From assembly GCA_965219415.1 (NCBI GenBank), contig CBDCNP010000002.1, positions 5,472,001-5,536,000 of the forward strand: a stretch of 64,000 nucleotides of DNA. Direction: 5' to 3'. Position numbers and translations under genes: made by a program. How positions within the stretch are numbered: the stretch's first letter is position 1; every line of letters starts with the position of its first letter. Below the pieces are notes generated by a model. That model did not search any database. It was not told the DNA's origin and worked only from the letters and a program-made list of their open reading frames with translations. Shown one piece after another: positions 40,892-51,273 of the stretch. Source of the stretch: Candidatus Marinacidobacterales bacterium. GTDB taxonomy: Bacteria; Acidobacteriota; Vicinamibacteria; Marinacidobacterales; DATDRI01.

Positions 40892-41743
40892 TCAAGCGTC
40901 GCGATAGTACCTCCTTTCGAATTGGATAGGCGAGCAATAGTCGATGGCGGAGTGTCGTCGTCGCGGGTTGTACCAGCCTTCGATGAAATCGAAGGTCGCC
41001 ATGCGCGCCTCAGCGTGGTAGCGAAACGACCGGCGCTCGATCAGCTCGCACTCGAGCGTCGCGAAGAAGCTCTCGCACATCGCATTGTCGTAACAGTCCC
41101 CGACCGAACCCATCGACGGTCGCGCCCCGGCCTCCCGGCATCGCTGGCCGAACGCTAGTGACGTGTACTGCGTGCCCTGGTCCGAGTGATGGATGACGTC
41201 GCCGGGCTTGCGTTGGAACAGCGCCATGTCGAGGGCGCTCAAGACGAGCGACGTCCGCAGGTGGGTAGCCATTGCCCATCCGACGATGCGTCGGCTGAAG
41301 GCGTCCAGCACGACGGCGAGGAACAAGAAGCCCGACCACGTGGGCACGTAGGTGATATCGGCGACCCACAGGCGGTCGGGCCGGTCCACCTCGAAATTCC
41401 TGTCGACGAGATCGGGGGCGGGACGGGCGTCGTCACAGCGAATCGTAGTGTGCGCCCTCTTGCGCCGGTGAACACCTTGAATGCCAGCCTCGCGCATCAG
41501 CCGCGCTACACGCTTGCGTGAGACGTGGAGCTCGTGTGTCTCTCGTAGCTCGTGGAGGATCCTCGGCGCGCCGTACGTGCTCCGCGACGCGGTGTGAATC
41601 GCCCGGATCTTCTCAAGCAACTCCGCATCCGACACCGCGCGGGCCGACGGGGCACGCTCAAGCCACGCATAGTAGCCGCTGGCGGAGACGTCCAGCAGTC
41701 GGCACATCGTGGCAACCGGTAGTGAATCCTGGTTCGCCCTCAC
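40892..41743 (-). CDS. IS3 transposase OrfB
   Basis: WVADITY, HHSDQG, CYDNAMCESFF. Confidence 0.92.
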   Translation of the reverse strand: MRANQDSLPVATMCRLLDVSASGYYAWLERAPSARAVSDAELLEKIRAIHTASRSTYGAPRILHELRETHELHVSRKRVARLMREAGIQGVHRRKRAHTTIRCDDARPAPDLVDRNFEVDRPDRLWVADITYVPTWSGFLFLAVVLDAFSRRIVGWAMATHLRTSLVLSALDMALFQRKPGDVIHHSDQGTQYTSLAFGQRCREAGARPSMGSVGDCYDNAMCESFFATLECELIERRSFRYHAEARMATFDFIEGWYNPRRRHSAIDYCSPIQFERRYYRDA

Positions 41744-42054
41744 GAATCGGAAGGCTTCGGTGGTACCGACTCGGTCTCCCGAGCGAACCAGGCCGCGGCT
41801 TTTGAGAGGATCTCCCGCTCCAACCGTAGTTGACGGTTCTCCCGTCGCAGGCGGCGGAGCTCCGCACGCTCCTCACTCGTCAGACCGTCCTGCCTGCGAC
41901 CCTCGTCGAGATCCGCCTGGTTCACCCAGTTCCGGATCGTCTGGCCCGAGGGCTCAAACTCTCGCGCCAGCTCTTCGGAGCCGCGGCCAGCTCGCACCAG
42001 CTCTACCATTTGGCGCCGGAACTCGGCCGCGTATCTGTTTCCCTGCTTTGACAT
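41740..42054 (-). CDS. IS3 transposase OrfA
   Basis: HTH plus ELRRLRREN..ILSKAAAWF. Confidence 0.9.
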   Translation of the reverse strand: MSKQGNRYAAEFRRQMVELVRAGRGSEELAREFEPSGQTIRNWVNQADLDEGRRQDGLTSEERAELRRLRRENRQLRLEREILSKAAAWFARETESVPPKPSDS

Positions 42055-42208
42055 CGTGGACTCCTGTCTCCCAAAGGATTAGGTGTCCACGAAAGCGGGT
42101 CAAGTCCAACACAAACGAACTCAAGATCCTTGCGCCGCCTTGGCCCGGTCGCAAACACAGACACTAAACTGCTGATTTGACCTTGCCCAGGAAAAGTGGA
42201 CGGGTTGA

Positions 42209-43087
42209 TTATCTCGCATGAGCAGTTTTGAGATCATGAATCCGTTCGAACACCATTGGGCTGTTGTAATCGAGTGACGAGTGGAGTCGATATGGATTGT
42301 AGAACCCCTCGATGTAGCTCGCGACCGCGTCTTTGGCCATACGTCGTGTTGGCCAACTACGTCGGTGGAGGAGTTCGGTCTTGAGTGTGCCGAAGAAGCT
42401 CTCGGTCACGGCGTTGTCCCAGCAATCACCCTTGCGGCTCATCGAGCACACGATGCCGTACTCATCGAGCACGGCCTGGTAGGTCGCAGCCGCGTATTGA
42501 GTACCACGGTCTGAATGATGCACCAAGCCACTTTCCGGCAGGCGGCGCCCCAAGGCTATGTGAAGCGCCTCGAGAGCAAGCTCCGCGCGCAGGTGGGGCT
42601 GCATCGCCCAGCCGACGACACGACGCGAGAACAGATCGAGGATGACCGCCAAGTAGAGCCAGCCTTCCCAAGTCCGGATGAAGGTTATGTCCGTCACCCA
42701 GAACTGGTTCGGTCGTTCGGCTTCGAAGTTCCGACCGAGCACGTTGGGTGCGACAGGACGATCGTGCTTGCTGTCGGTCGTGCGGCGAAAACGCTTGCTG
42801 GGCAGGCCCTGCAGACCCATCTCACGCATCAGCCGTGCCACTCGCTGCTTGCCCACCTCGACGTTCTCCCCGTCAAGCTGGCGACGTACACGCTCCCTGC
42901 CGTAGGTACCACGGCTATGGGCGTGGATCGCTTGGATGCGCAGCTTCAGCTTCCCATCCTCACACTGTCGCTTGCTGGGCGCGCGCTTCATCTGAGCGTA
43001 GTAGCCGCTGGTCGATACCCTCAGGACTCGGCACATCACCCGCACCGGGTAGTTGGCCCGCTCCGCGTGAATGAAATTGAATCTCAT
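42209..43087 (-). CDS. IS3 transposase OrfB
   Basis: WVTDITF, HHSDRG, CWDNAVTESFF. Confidence 0.92.
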   Translation of the reverse strand: MRFNFIHAERANYPVRVMCRVLRVSTSGYYAQMKRAPSKRQCEDGKLKLRIQAIHAHSRGTYGRERVRRQLDGENVEVGKQRVARLMREMGLQGLPSKRFRRTTDSKHDRPVAPNVLGRNFEAERPNQFWVTDITFIRTWEGWLYLAVILDLFSRRVVGWAMQPHLRAELALEALHIALGRRLPESGLVHHSDRGTQYAAATYQAVLDEYGIVCSMSRKGDCWDNAVTESFFGTLKTELLHRRSWPTRRMAKDAVASYIEGFYNPYRLHSSLDYNSPMVFERIHDLKTAHAR

Positions 43088-43380
43088 TCGCTTTCTTTCG
43101 CGAAGAAGGCCGCCGCCTTTTTTAATATTTCTCGCTCTTGCTCCAACGTGCGCACTCGACGTCGTAGCGAACCCAGCTCATCACGTTCCGCCGTCGTCAG
43201 AGCCTCGCGTGGACCTTCACCGTGATCAACTTTGTATTGTTTCACCCAGTTTCGAAGGGATGATTCCGTCAGGTCCAGTTCCTTAGCGACCTGGCCGATG
43301 CTGCGCTCGCCTTCCCTGAACAACCGGACCGCTTCCTTCTTGAACTCCCCCGTGAACTTCCTGCGTCGTCGTTTTCCCAT
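43084..43380 (-). CDS. IS3 transposase OrfA
   Basis: RRKFTGEFKKEAV..ILKKAAAFF; A6G slippery motif. Confidence 0.9.
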   Translation of the reverse strand: MGKRRRRKFTGEFKKEAVRLFREGERSIGQVAKELDLTESSLRNWVKQYKVDHGEGPREALTTAERDELGSLRRRVRTLEQEREILKKAAAFFAKESE

Positions 43381-43711
43381 GGACGCCTCCAGGCGCATTG
43401 TCGCGCCTCGGTTGGTGTCCACAAAACCCGGGCAGGGCCACTAAACTGCTGATTTGTGGTCATTTCAAAAGAGCCGAGTTTTGGCACAGGACGGGGAACC
43501 CACGCAGGAAGCCGTTCCACTAGGCGGATTCTCGTAGCGGGCAGGTCACTTTCACCTCTACGGTGTTACGACCTGTGATGACATCTGCTACATCATACGC
43601 CAACCTTACCAACCTCTTGCCACTACGAGCAGCGCCATAACCGTCGGCGTCCACGCATTCCGCGTGAAGTCGTCGTGGGGGAGAACGGTGTGGCCGGGGA
43701 CGCTGGAGCGA

Positions 43712-44431
43712 TCAATCGGAATGAGTCGAAATTCCATCTTTGGTACCGTTCGAACCATGCAGCCTGGACAGTATTTGACCCATCAGATTGTTGATCGTCT
43801 GATACCTTTCGACCGGTGCCGCAAGAATTTCCTCTTCGGACTGAACGTACTTTGACGGCAGCAGCTCTCCCCGACATTGCTCGACAAGCTGACGGGCCGA
43901 TTCGGGGGTAGTTTCCAGATGAAACTGAAGCCCCAGCACACGGTTTCCAAACTGGAACGCTTGGTTTTCACAGGCTTCGCTCCTGGCCAGCAATCGCGCA
44001 CCATGCGGCAAATCGAAGGTCTCGCCGTGCCAGTGGAACACATCCATAGAGGACGGCAAGCTGAACTCGTTCTCCGCAGACGCCGCGTAGACGGGGAACC
44101 AGCCGATCTCCTTCGCGGGGTTCGGATAGACCTTTGCACCCATAGCGCTGGCAATCAGCTGGGCCCCGAGACACACGCCCAGAACCGGCTTCCCCGTCTG
44201 GATGCAATCGCGAATAAAACGTTTTTCGTCCACCAGCCAGGGATGCTTGGTCTCATCGTTCACGCTCATAAGGCCGCCCATCACGATCACGAAGTCGACA
44301 TCCCGGGCGGCAGGCAGATCGGTTGATTCGAAGAACGGCGTGTGTGTTAGCTCATATCGGGCTGACCGGAGCCATGACTCGATGCTGCCGAGTCCTTCGA
44401 ATGGAACGTGCTGCAAGTAATGAGCTCTCAT
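43712..44431 (-). CDS. Class I glutamine amidotransferase (GMP-synthase-like)
   Basis: LQHVPFEG, GVCLGAQ, FHWHGETF, LQFHLE. Confidence 0.9.
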   Translation of the reverse strand: MRAHYLQHVPFEGLGSIESWLRSARYELTHTPFFESTDLPAARDVDFVIVMGGLMSVNDETKHPWLVDEKRFIRDCIQTGKPVLGVCLGAQLIASAMGAKVYPNPAKEIGWFPVYAASAENEFSLPSSMDVFHWHGETFDLPHGARLLARSEACENQAFQFGNRVLGLQFHLETTPESARQLVEQCRGELLPSKYVQSEEEILAAPVERYQTINNLMGQILSRLHGSNGTKDGISTHSD

Positions 44432-44892
44432 TGAGTCACATCCAGCCGACTGGTGCCTTGTTCCCCCGAACCGTACCGGCACTTCCGCTTCTTCCGTCGG
44501 TACGCCCAAGATCGTAGGGAATCGTTCCTCGTCGACACGGCAGCCCGAAAGGATGCCGGCCTTTTCCAGCCAAAGCCGCATGATGCTCGCATGCTTTCCG
44601 CCGCGAGGAAAGTGGATACCACATTCGCCGAGCCAAGTCCGCAGTTTCACGAGATTGACGGTCTCACCGGTGGGCCCGCATGCCGCGAGCGACTCGGTGG
44701 CCTACTTCGTTATTACTATCGTGCGGCTGCCTGAGTAGATACGTTCGAGTGCCGTCCAAGCCGCCCCGTGGGTTTCGTATCGTCGTGGCGTTGACCTCGG
44801 CTGGCGGCCCATCGAATCCTCGCTTCGCGCAGATCCGGTCATCGACCCTCCACAGGCCGACGTCGAGCTCGACGTACTATTTGCACCATACG

Positions 44893-45021
44893 CGATTTTC
44901 GTCCCGTCGGACAGGCCCCCAACGGCAACCAGTACCGCCGCCTTGTCCTTCTCGAGGCCAGCCTTCACGTACACGCCATCTACCCACAGGTACACCAGCT
45001 CGAGTTCGTCCAGTGGGCGAG
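44893..45021 (-). pseudogene. IS256 internal fragment related to 1343-2587
   Basis: RPLDELELVYLWVDGVYVKAGLEKDKAAVLVAVGG. Confidence 0.8.
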
Positions 45022-45229
45022 ACATTCGTCGCTACTACTCGAACATGGATGTCTACGATCGTCTGGTGCCGGAGGACCTTATGGCGGTGCCGTGCCCGAT
45101 TCCAACGTTTGAATCCGACATGTCGAACAGCTAGAATTTGGCTAGAAGGGGTAGACCTTATCTCAGCCGATCGAATCCAAGCACAGTGATACGCTACGGT
45201 CGAGACGGAGGAAGCTTCGGAGGCAAGTC

Positions 45230-45390
45230 CATAGCGATAAGACGAATCTGGCACGGATGGACCACTCCGGAGAATGCGGATGCACACCAAGGCCTTACAA
45301 TGAGATCTTCCCGGGCAATAGACGCGAAGAACATCCGCAGCTATCGAGGGGTCGAGTTACTACGCCGCGAACGTGAGGACGAGGTCGAGC
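45230..45390 (+). pseudogene. ABM-like (dimeric alpha-beta barrel) protein fragment
   Basis: IRRIWHGWTTPENADA..YRGVELLRR..EVE across frames. Confidence 0.4.
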
Positions 45391-45493
45391 CTATGTGCTC
45401 GAGTCTGCCCAAAAGGTCCTGAAACGCTGGGGCCAGGTTTCTGCACACTACGAGGTCGTGGAAACTCGTTCAGCGAACTGAAATCATCCGGCG

Positions 45494-46915
45494 ATGACTC
45501 TGCGTTCATCCGTGCCGATGAGTTTTCCTCCGGTTCCGGCAGACCTACGCACGAAGAACCCTTTTCGCTACCTCAAATTTTACGGCCCCGGTGCGATCAT
45601 AGCATCCGTTTCAATCGGGGGCGGGGAGACGATCGTCGCTTCTCGCGGGGGAGCCATCTTTGGTTTCGCGCTCATCTGGTGCATCCTGCTGGTCGCGATC
45701 TTGAAGGCGATGCAGGTTTACTCTGGGATGCGGGTGATGACACTGACCGGAAACCACCCGACGCACTATTGGGCCCAGATGAAAGGACCCCGGGCCTGGT
45801 TTCCGATTCTCCTGAGCCTCGTGGCGTTCATCATCATCGCCGCGACGTTCTCCGCTCTGCCCAAAGCGCTTGCCACGCTCTTGATGCAGTTACTGGGACG
45901 CGGTCCCGATTCGACCGCCTATGGGATGAACCTCAATGTGCTCTCGAGCGTAGTTCTCGTCGTCTGTGGCCTGGGTGCACTTAGAAGCAGCTACCGAACC
46001 CTCGAGCTCGCTCAGACGGTCATAGTCCTTCTCTTTCTCGCTCTTATTGTTGCTTCGTTCCTCGCGCTGAGGCCCGATCTGTGGATCGTTCTGAAGAACG
46101 TGCTCGTAATCTCGATCCCCGAGTACCCCGATTGGGTTCAAGAGAAGTATCCGACGATCGTGGCCCGCCCCAACTGGGTCGAAGTCATGACTTTCGTCGG
46201 ACTCATCGGCGGAAACAGCGGCGACTACATCGCGTATCTGAGCTTCTTGAGGAACAAGAAGTGGGGTCTTGCCGGAAGTATTGATGATGGAGCCCCGTCC
46301 GTCGACACGGAGGACGAGAGCAAGAAGGGCAAACTGTGGCTTCGTGCTCCCCTGACCGACATGCTCCTATCTTTCAGCTTGGTTGCCGTGCTCTCCGTCA
46401 TCTTTCTGGTTCTCGGGGCCATGGTCCTTTCTCCCGCGCGTCTCGTGCCCGACGCCTCGGAGCTCTTGAGTGTTCAAGCCAGATTCCTCACCGAGTTACA
46501 CCCGAGGCTGGCGCCCCTATACGTTGTTGGAATCGTCACCGTTTTCTTGGGTACGATCTACGGGACCTTCGAGCTCCAGACCCGTGCGCTCTTCGAATGT
46601 GGACGGGTTACCTCGGAGCGGCTGAGACGGACTTCGATCGACAGCGTGAGAAGTTTCGTCATCATCTACGGTACGGTGAGCGGACTCCTTCTGATTTGGA
46701 CGGGATGGGACCCGGTGGCGATCGTAACCCCCGGCGTTTTGGTCAGCGTTTTGGCATCGGGTCTGTGGTGTTTCGTGATTCTATGGGTGGATCGCCGCTT
46801 TCTCCCGAAATACTTTCAGATGCCTGTTGGGTTGGCCGTGGGGCTTGTGCTGGCGGGGATCATTCTCGTGGGCTTCGGTCTTCGTTCTACCTATGACTAC
46901 CTGGCGCAATTCTGA
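45494..46915 (+). CDS. Nramp-like (APC superfamily) membrane transporter
   Basis: GPGAIIASVSIGGGE and about 11 hydrophobic segments. Confidence 0.8.
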   Translation: MTLRSSVPMSFPPVPADLRTKNPFRYLKFYGPGAIIASVSIGGGETIVASRGGAIFGFALIWCILLVAILKAMQVYSGMRVMTLTGNHPTHYWAQMKGPRAWFPILLSLVAFIIIAATFSALPKALATLLMQLLGRGPDSTAYGMNLNVLSSVVLVVCGLGALRSSYRTLELAQTVIVLLFLALIVASFLALRPDLWIVLKNVLVISIPEYPDWVQEKYPTIVARPNWVEVMTFVGLIGGNSGDYIAYLSFLRNKKWGLAGSIDDGAPSVDTEDESKKGKLWLRAPLTDMLLSFSLVAVLSVIFLVLGAMVLSPARLVPDASELLSVQARFLTELHPRLAPLYVVGIVTVFLGTIYGTFELQTRALFECGRVTSERLRRTSIDSVRSFVIIYGTVSGLLLIWTGWDPVAIVTPGVLVSVLASGLWCFVILWVDRRFLPKYFQMPVGLAVGLVLAGIILVGFGLRSTYDYLAQF

Positions 46916-46943
46916 GGGCGACCCGAGGTAGTACAATCAGCCT

Positions 46944-48875
46944 ATGAAAGTCGTGCGCACGACCTGCATTCTCGATTGCATGGACACCTGCTCGGTGCTT
47001 GCGCACATCGATGGAGATCGGCTCGTTCGTTTGCAGGGGGATTCGGACCATCCCATTACCCAAGGTTTCCTCTGTCACAAGGTCTCGAAGTATCCGGAGC
47101 GGGTCTATCACCCGGATCGTCTCCTCTATCCTCTGCGGCGTTCCGGCAACGGCTTCGAGCGCGTTTCATGGGACGAAGCGATCGACTACGCCGGTACCGA
47201 GCTTTCACGCCTCCGGAAAGAGCACGGTCCTTGGACGCTCTTTACCCTCAAAGGGCACGCGTCGATGGGCGCGCTCAAGCGTCTCTACGATCGGTTCATC
47301 AGGCTTTGGGGTGGGGCGTCCCGTGCTCACGGAAACTACTGTGCAGGGGAAGCCTTCCTCGCTTTTTCTCGGTCCTTCGGCAAGATCCTCTGTCACGACC
47401 CAAGGGATGTTCTGAATAGCCGCACGATCGTGCTCTGGGGAAGAAATCCCGCCGCGGCTCAAATTCACCTTGTTCCTTGGTTTCGGAAGGCCAAAGAGCA
47501 AGGCGCACGCATCATCCTTGTAGATCCCGTGGTCACCGAAAGCTCGGCCCTCGCCAACCTGCAAATCAAACCGAGGCCCGGCACCGATCACGATCTGGCC
47601 CAGGCAGTCGCCCGGGTCGTTCTGGACAAAGGATGGATGGACGACGATTTCGTTTCCGGCCATGCCGAAGGCTTCGCCGCCTATCGCCAGGGCGTTATCT
47701 CGGTCGATGTGGAGGAGCGCGCACGCCGCGCCGACGTCGCTCTCGGAGAGGTACTTGCGCTCGCGCAAGCGATAGCTCGTGAGCGGCCCGCAACGATCTT
47801 CCCGGGAATCGGGCTACAGCAGTACTCCCATGGTGCCGAGATCGTCGCACACGTCGCCTCGCTTGCGGTCCTGACCGGCAACATCGGCGTACCAGGAGGT
47901 GGCGTCAACTTCGGCCGCTGGCCTTGGGGAGAACTCGATGGATCGATTACCGGGAGTGACCTCGGTGCCGAACACAGAAACGTCCCGGTTGGTCACATCG
48001 CGGAAAGCCTCGATACGTTCGATGATCCGCCCATCACCGCCACTTTCATCACCGGGGCGAATCCAGTGGCCCAGCAGGCGCGGCCGGAGACCGTTCGCGA
48101 AGCTCTCCTGAATCGGGAGTTCAATCTGGTGGTGGAACAATTCATGACCGATACGGCCGAGTGCGCGCACCTTGTCCTTCCGGTAACGACGTTTCTCGAG
48201 GATGAAGATCTTGCGTTCAGTGGATCCCATTTCACCGCGAGTGTCACCGAGCCCGTCATTCCACGACCGGGTGAGGTGAAGTCGGATCTCAATATCTATC
48301 AGTTGTTGGCGGACCACCTCGGTTTCGGCGAGGGAATGGCCGGCACGACCGCCGAATGGATCGATCGCGCCGTCCGGCCATGGGAAGGGGAGGGATGGAG
48401 CTACCGAATGCTGAAGGCGAGCCCGCAAGCTTTTCCCGAAGCGGAGCTTATACCGTTCGAAGGAGGAGAATTTCACACACCATCGAAGCGCTTTGTCTTC
48501 CCGACTGAGAAAGCCGAGACACCTTCGATCGAGGACGAGTTTCCGCTGCGTCTCATCTCGGGTGCGACCAGAAAGGGCACCAACACGCAGCTGGTCAACA
48601 TGAAGCCTGCCGGGCTTCCGAGCGTCAAAGTACATCCCGAAACCGCGAAGCGTTTTGGCGTGGCAGATGGTGGAAGGGTACAACTCCGTTCCGCGGTTGG
48701 GACGGTCGAGGTGACGCTGGAGCTAGATGCGCGCCAACGACAAGATCTGGTTGTGTGTCGAAAGGGCGGCTGGTGGAAGACAGGCCACTCTATGAGTCCG
48801 TTGCTCGATAATCGATTCACACCCGGTGGGGGAGTCGCCTACAACGAAACCGCGGTCCGTTTGGAAAAAGCCTAG
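46944..48875 (+). CDS. Molybdopterin-dependent oxidoreductase (DMSO reductase superfamily)
   Basis: CxxDCxDxC...C.K Fe-S motif, RVSWDEA, WGRNP, TDTA..A.LVLP, VHPETA C-terminal domain. Confidence 0.9.
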   Translation: MKVVRTTCILDCMDTCSVLAHIDGDRLVRLQGDSDHPITQGFLCHKVSKYPERVYHPDRLLYPLRRSGNGFERVSWDEAIDYAGTELSRLRKEHGPWTLFTLKGHASMGALKRLYDRFIRLWGGASRAHGNYCAGEAFLAFSRSFGKILCHDPRDVLNSRTIVLWGRNPAAAQIHLVPWFRKAKEQGARIILVDPVVTESSALANLQIKPRPGTDHDLAQAVARVVLDKGWMDDDFVSGHAEGFAAYRQGVISVDVEERARRADVALGEVLALAQAIARERPATIFPGIGLQQYSHGAEIVAHVASLAVLTGNIGVPGGGVNFGRWPWGELDGSITGSDLGAEHRNVPVGHIAESLDTFDDPPITATFITGANPVAQQARPETVREALLNREFNLVVEQFMTDTAECAHLVLPVTTFLEDEDLAFSGSHFTASVTEPVIPRPGEVKSDLNIYQLLADHLGFGEGMAGTTAEWIDRAVRPWEGEGWSYRMLKASPQAFPEAELIPFEGGEFHTPSKRFVFPTEKAETPSIEDEFPLRLISGATRKGTNTQLVNMKPAGLPSVKVHPETAKRFGVADGGRVQLRSAVGTVEVTLELDARQRQDLVVCRKGGWWKTGHSMSPLLDNRFTPGGGVAYNETAVRLEKA

Positions 48876-48892
48876 GGGCGCTGCCGCGTGCC

Positions 48893-49762
48893 CGTCGTGT
48901 CCAAAAATACAAACGAACTCAAGACCCCGCGCGCCGGGGCGTTTCGGATTAGAGGCGCCTAGGCTTGGTTCGCCAATGGAAGCTAGAATCCCCGGTTATG
49001 AGGACGCCGATCCAGCCCTTGACACTGTTGCTAGTCGCCATCGCTGGTTGGCTCCAGCGTGACCAACAGGCGGCTATCGTCTACTTGCTCGAAGAGAACA
49101 GAGTCCTCAAGGCTCGGCTTTGCGGGAGGAAGCTTCGTCTGACGGATGACGAGCGATGTCGGCTCGCGGTAAAGGGTAAGGCGCTTGGCCGGAAACTTCT
49201 GACAGAAGTCGCCGGTATCGTCACACCGGAAACCCTGCTGGCTTGGCACCGAAGGCTCATTGCGCGGAAGTGGGACTACAGCGCGCGGCGGAAACAGCTT
49301 CGGACGGCCTCGGGTCATGGCGGAGATCAGCGAGCTCGTCGTGGAGATGGCGAAGTCGAATCGGGTATACACGCATTCGCGGTGCCCTATCGAATCTCGG
49401 GCATACCGTAGCCAGGAGCACCATCACCAATATTTTGCGGGAACACGGCATCGAGCCCGCGCCGGAGAGAGGTAAGCGGACGCCGTGGCGCACGTTTCTC
49501 ACCGCCCATTGGGAAACCGTTGCTGCGACCGACTTCTTCACCGTCGAGGTCGCCACGGTCCGCAGGCTTGTGACCTACTATGTGCTCGTCGTGATTGAGC
49601 TGTCATCGCGAAAAGTGCAGATTGCTGGAATCACTCCCAGGCCGGACGGCGGATTCATGATGCAAGTCGGTCGGAATCTCACCGACCCACTCGACGGCTT
49701 TCTGCGCGGCAAGCGATTCCTCATCCTGGACCGCGACCAGAAGTTCACCATGGAGTTTCGCC
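48893..49762 (+). mobile_element. Integrase-core element: end C plus frameshifted, 3'-truncated transposase
   Basis: Homologue of 36655-37459; reaches [11 protein letters not shown] and is then cut by end F. Confidence 0.85.
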
Positions 49763-49910
49763 TGTGCCTTCTATTTATTCATCCGCCAGCCCCATGGGTC
49801 GGAAGTCAGCCCTGCGGCGCGAAATACCCTGGATTCTGCGCGGATTCCAAGGGCGTCTAAGCTGCTGATTTGTGGTCCATTTCAAAAGGGCCGAGTTTTG
49901 GCACAGGACG
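49763..49910. mobile_element. F-B MITE, copy 2
   Basis: Near-identical to 39170-39316. Confidence 0.8.
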
Positions 49911-50001
49911 GGGTCGGTCAGCTAGTTTTTCGTCAACTTGACAGTACCCTGTAGGGCGTCGCTGTCTGATGGCGGCTCAGACATCGGGGCAGGCGCATCG
50001 G

Positions 50002-51273
50002 TCACTGTTCCCGGCTCCCACTCGCTCTGGCGAGATGCTGGGCCTCGGCGGTCTGCTCAGGGGTTATCCTCTCCTTCACAAGATCGCGAGCTTTTCTCGC
50101 ATCTTCATCTCCTCTAGCCCCTGCAAGGTTGAACCACATATGGGCTTGGATATCGTTTTGCGGCACGCCTTCGCCGTTCGCATACAGGTAGCCGAGGTTG
50201 TTCTGCGCTAAGGCGTATCCCTGCTCGGCGGCCAGCCGGTACCACTTAACCGCTTCGGCATCGTCGTGCGGCACGAGCACGCCGTAGCGATACATGAACC
50301 CGAGGCTGTTCTGCGCTGAGGCGTCCCCCTGCTCGGCGGCTAGCCGGTACCACTTGACCGCCTCGGCATCGTCTTGCGGCACGCCTTCGCCGTTCGCATA
50401 CAGGTAGCCGAGGTTGTTCTGCGCTGAGGCGTATCCCTGCTCGGCGGCCAGCCGGTACCACTTGACCGCTTCGGCGTCGTCTTGCAGCACGCCTCGACCG
50501 GACGCATACATGTAGCCGAGATTGAACTGCGCTGAGGCGTATCCCTTCTCGGCGACCAGCTGGTACCACTTCACTGCCTCGCCATCGTCTTGCGGCACAC
50601 CTCGACCGGACGCATACATGTAGCCGAGGTTGTCCTGCGCTAAGGTGTGCCCCTGCTCGGCGGCCAGCCGGTACCACTTGACCACTTCGACGTCGTCCTG
50701 CAGTACGCCCCGACCGGACGCATACATGATGCCGAGGCTGAACTGTGCTGAGGCGTATCCCTGCTCGCCGGCCAGACGGTACCACTTGACTGCTTCGGCG
50801 TCGTCTTGCGGCACGCCTCGACCGGACGCATACATGTAGCCGAGATTGAACTGCGCTGAGGCGTATCCCTTCTCGGCGATCAGCCGGTACCACTTCACTG
50901 CCTCGCCATCGTCTTGCGGCACGCCTCGACCGGACACATACATGTAGCCGAGGTTGTCCTGCGCTAAGGTGTGCCCCTGCTTGGCGGCCAGACGGTACCA
51001 CTTGACTGCTTCGGCGTCGTTCTGCAGCACGCCCTCGCCGTTGTAATACATGCCGCCGAGGTTGAATTGCGTTGAGACGTTTCTCTGCTCGGCGGCGGTG
51101 CGGCAGGCTTCGACTCGTACGACAGGCTCGCGCTCGCTATTCAGGCAGATACCGAGGGCCGCTTCATCCTGGGCCAAAGGCGGATTGGCATCCGCGAGAA
51201 ACCATGTCAGGAGACCGTATGTGACCGCAAGTAGGAGTGCGGTTCCTTGGAGCGTTCCTTTCATCCTCTTCAT
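50002..51273 (-). CDS. Secreted Sel1-like repeat protein with nine 36-aa repeats
   Basis: AQxNLGxMYxxGxGVPQDDAEAVKWYRLAAEQG repeats; N-terminal signal/TM. Confidence 0.95.
   Translation of the reverse strand: MKRMKGTLQGTALLLAVTYGLLTWFLADANPPLAQDEAALGICLNSEREPVVRVEACRTAAEQRNVSTQFNLGGMYYNGEGVLQNDAEAVKWYRLAAKQGHTLAQDNLGYMYVSGRGVPQDDGEAVKWYRLIAEKGYASAQFNLGYMYASGRGVPQDDAEAVKWYRLAGEQGYASAQFSLGIMYASGRGVLQDDVEVVKWYRLAAEQGHTLAQDNLGYMYASGRGVPQDDGEAVKWYQLVAEKGYASAQFNLGYMYASGRGVLQDDAEAVKWYRLAAEQGYASAQNNLGYLYANGEGVPQDDAEAVKWYRLAAEQGDASAQNSLGFMYRYGVLVPHDDAEAVKWYRLAAEQGYALAQNNLGYLYANGEGVPQNDIQAHMWFNLAGARGDEDARKARDLVKERITPEQTAEAQHLARASGSREQ

Larger units (their letters stand above)
40851..42108 (-). mobile_element. 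IS3-family element with 4-bp TSD ACAC
   Basis: TG...CA ends, IR core GACCC(C)GCTTTCGTGGACA; orfA/orfB. Confidence 0.92.
42178..43440 (-). mobile_element. Second IS3-family element flanked by a 14-bp direct repeat
   Basis: IRs TGACCTTGCCCAGG..GTGGAC / TGGCCCTGCCCGGG..GTGGAC; CTAAACTGCTGATT on both sides. Confidence 0.9.
40833..43493. mobile_element. Short C-B mini-element (about 120 bp) expanded by two IS3 insertions
   Basis: Removing both IS3 gives CGTCGTGTCCAAAAACACAAACG...TTTTGGCACAGGACG. Confidence 0.78.

Noticed and set aside
43712-44650. The 312-aa ORF as a fusion protein
   Set aside because: The GATase starts at 44431; the upstream part is an unrelated truncated fragment that I could not assign with confidence
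50100-51070. 108-bp tandem repeats as a CRISPR or DGR array
   Set aside because: They are in-frame Sel1 coding repeats without unique spacers; no reverse transcriptase in the window
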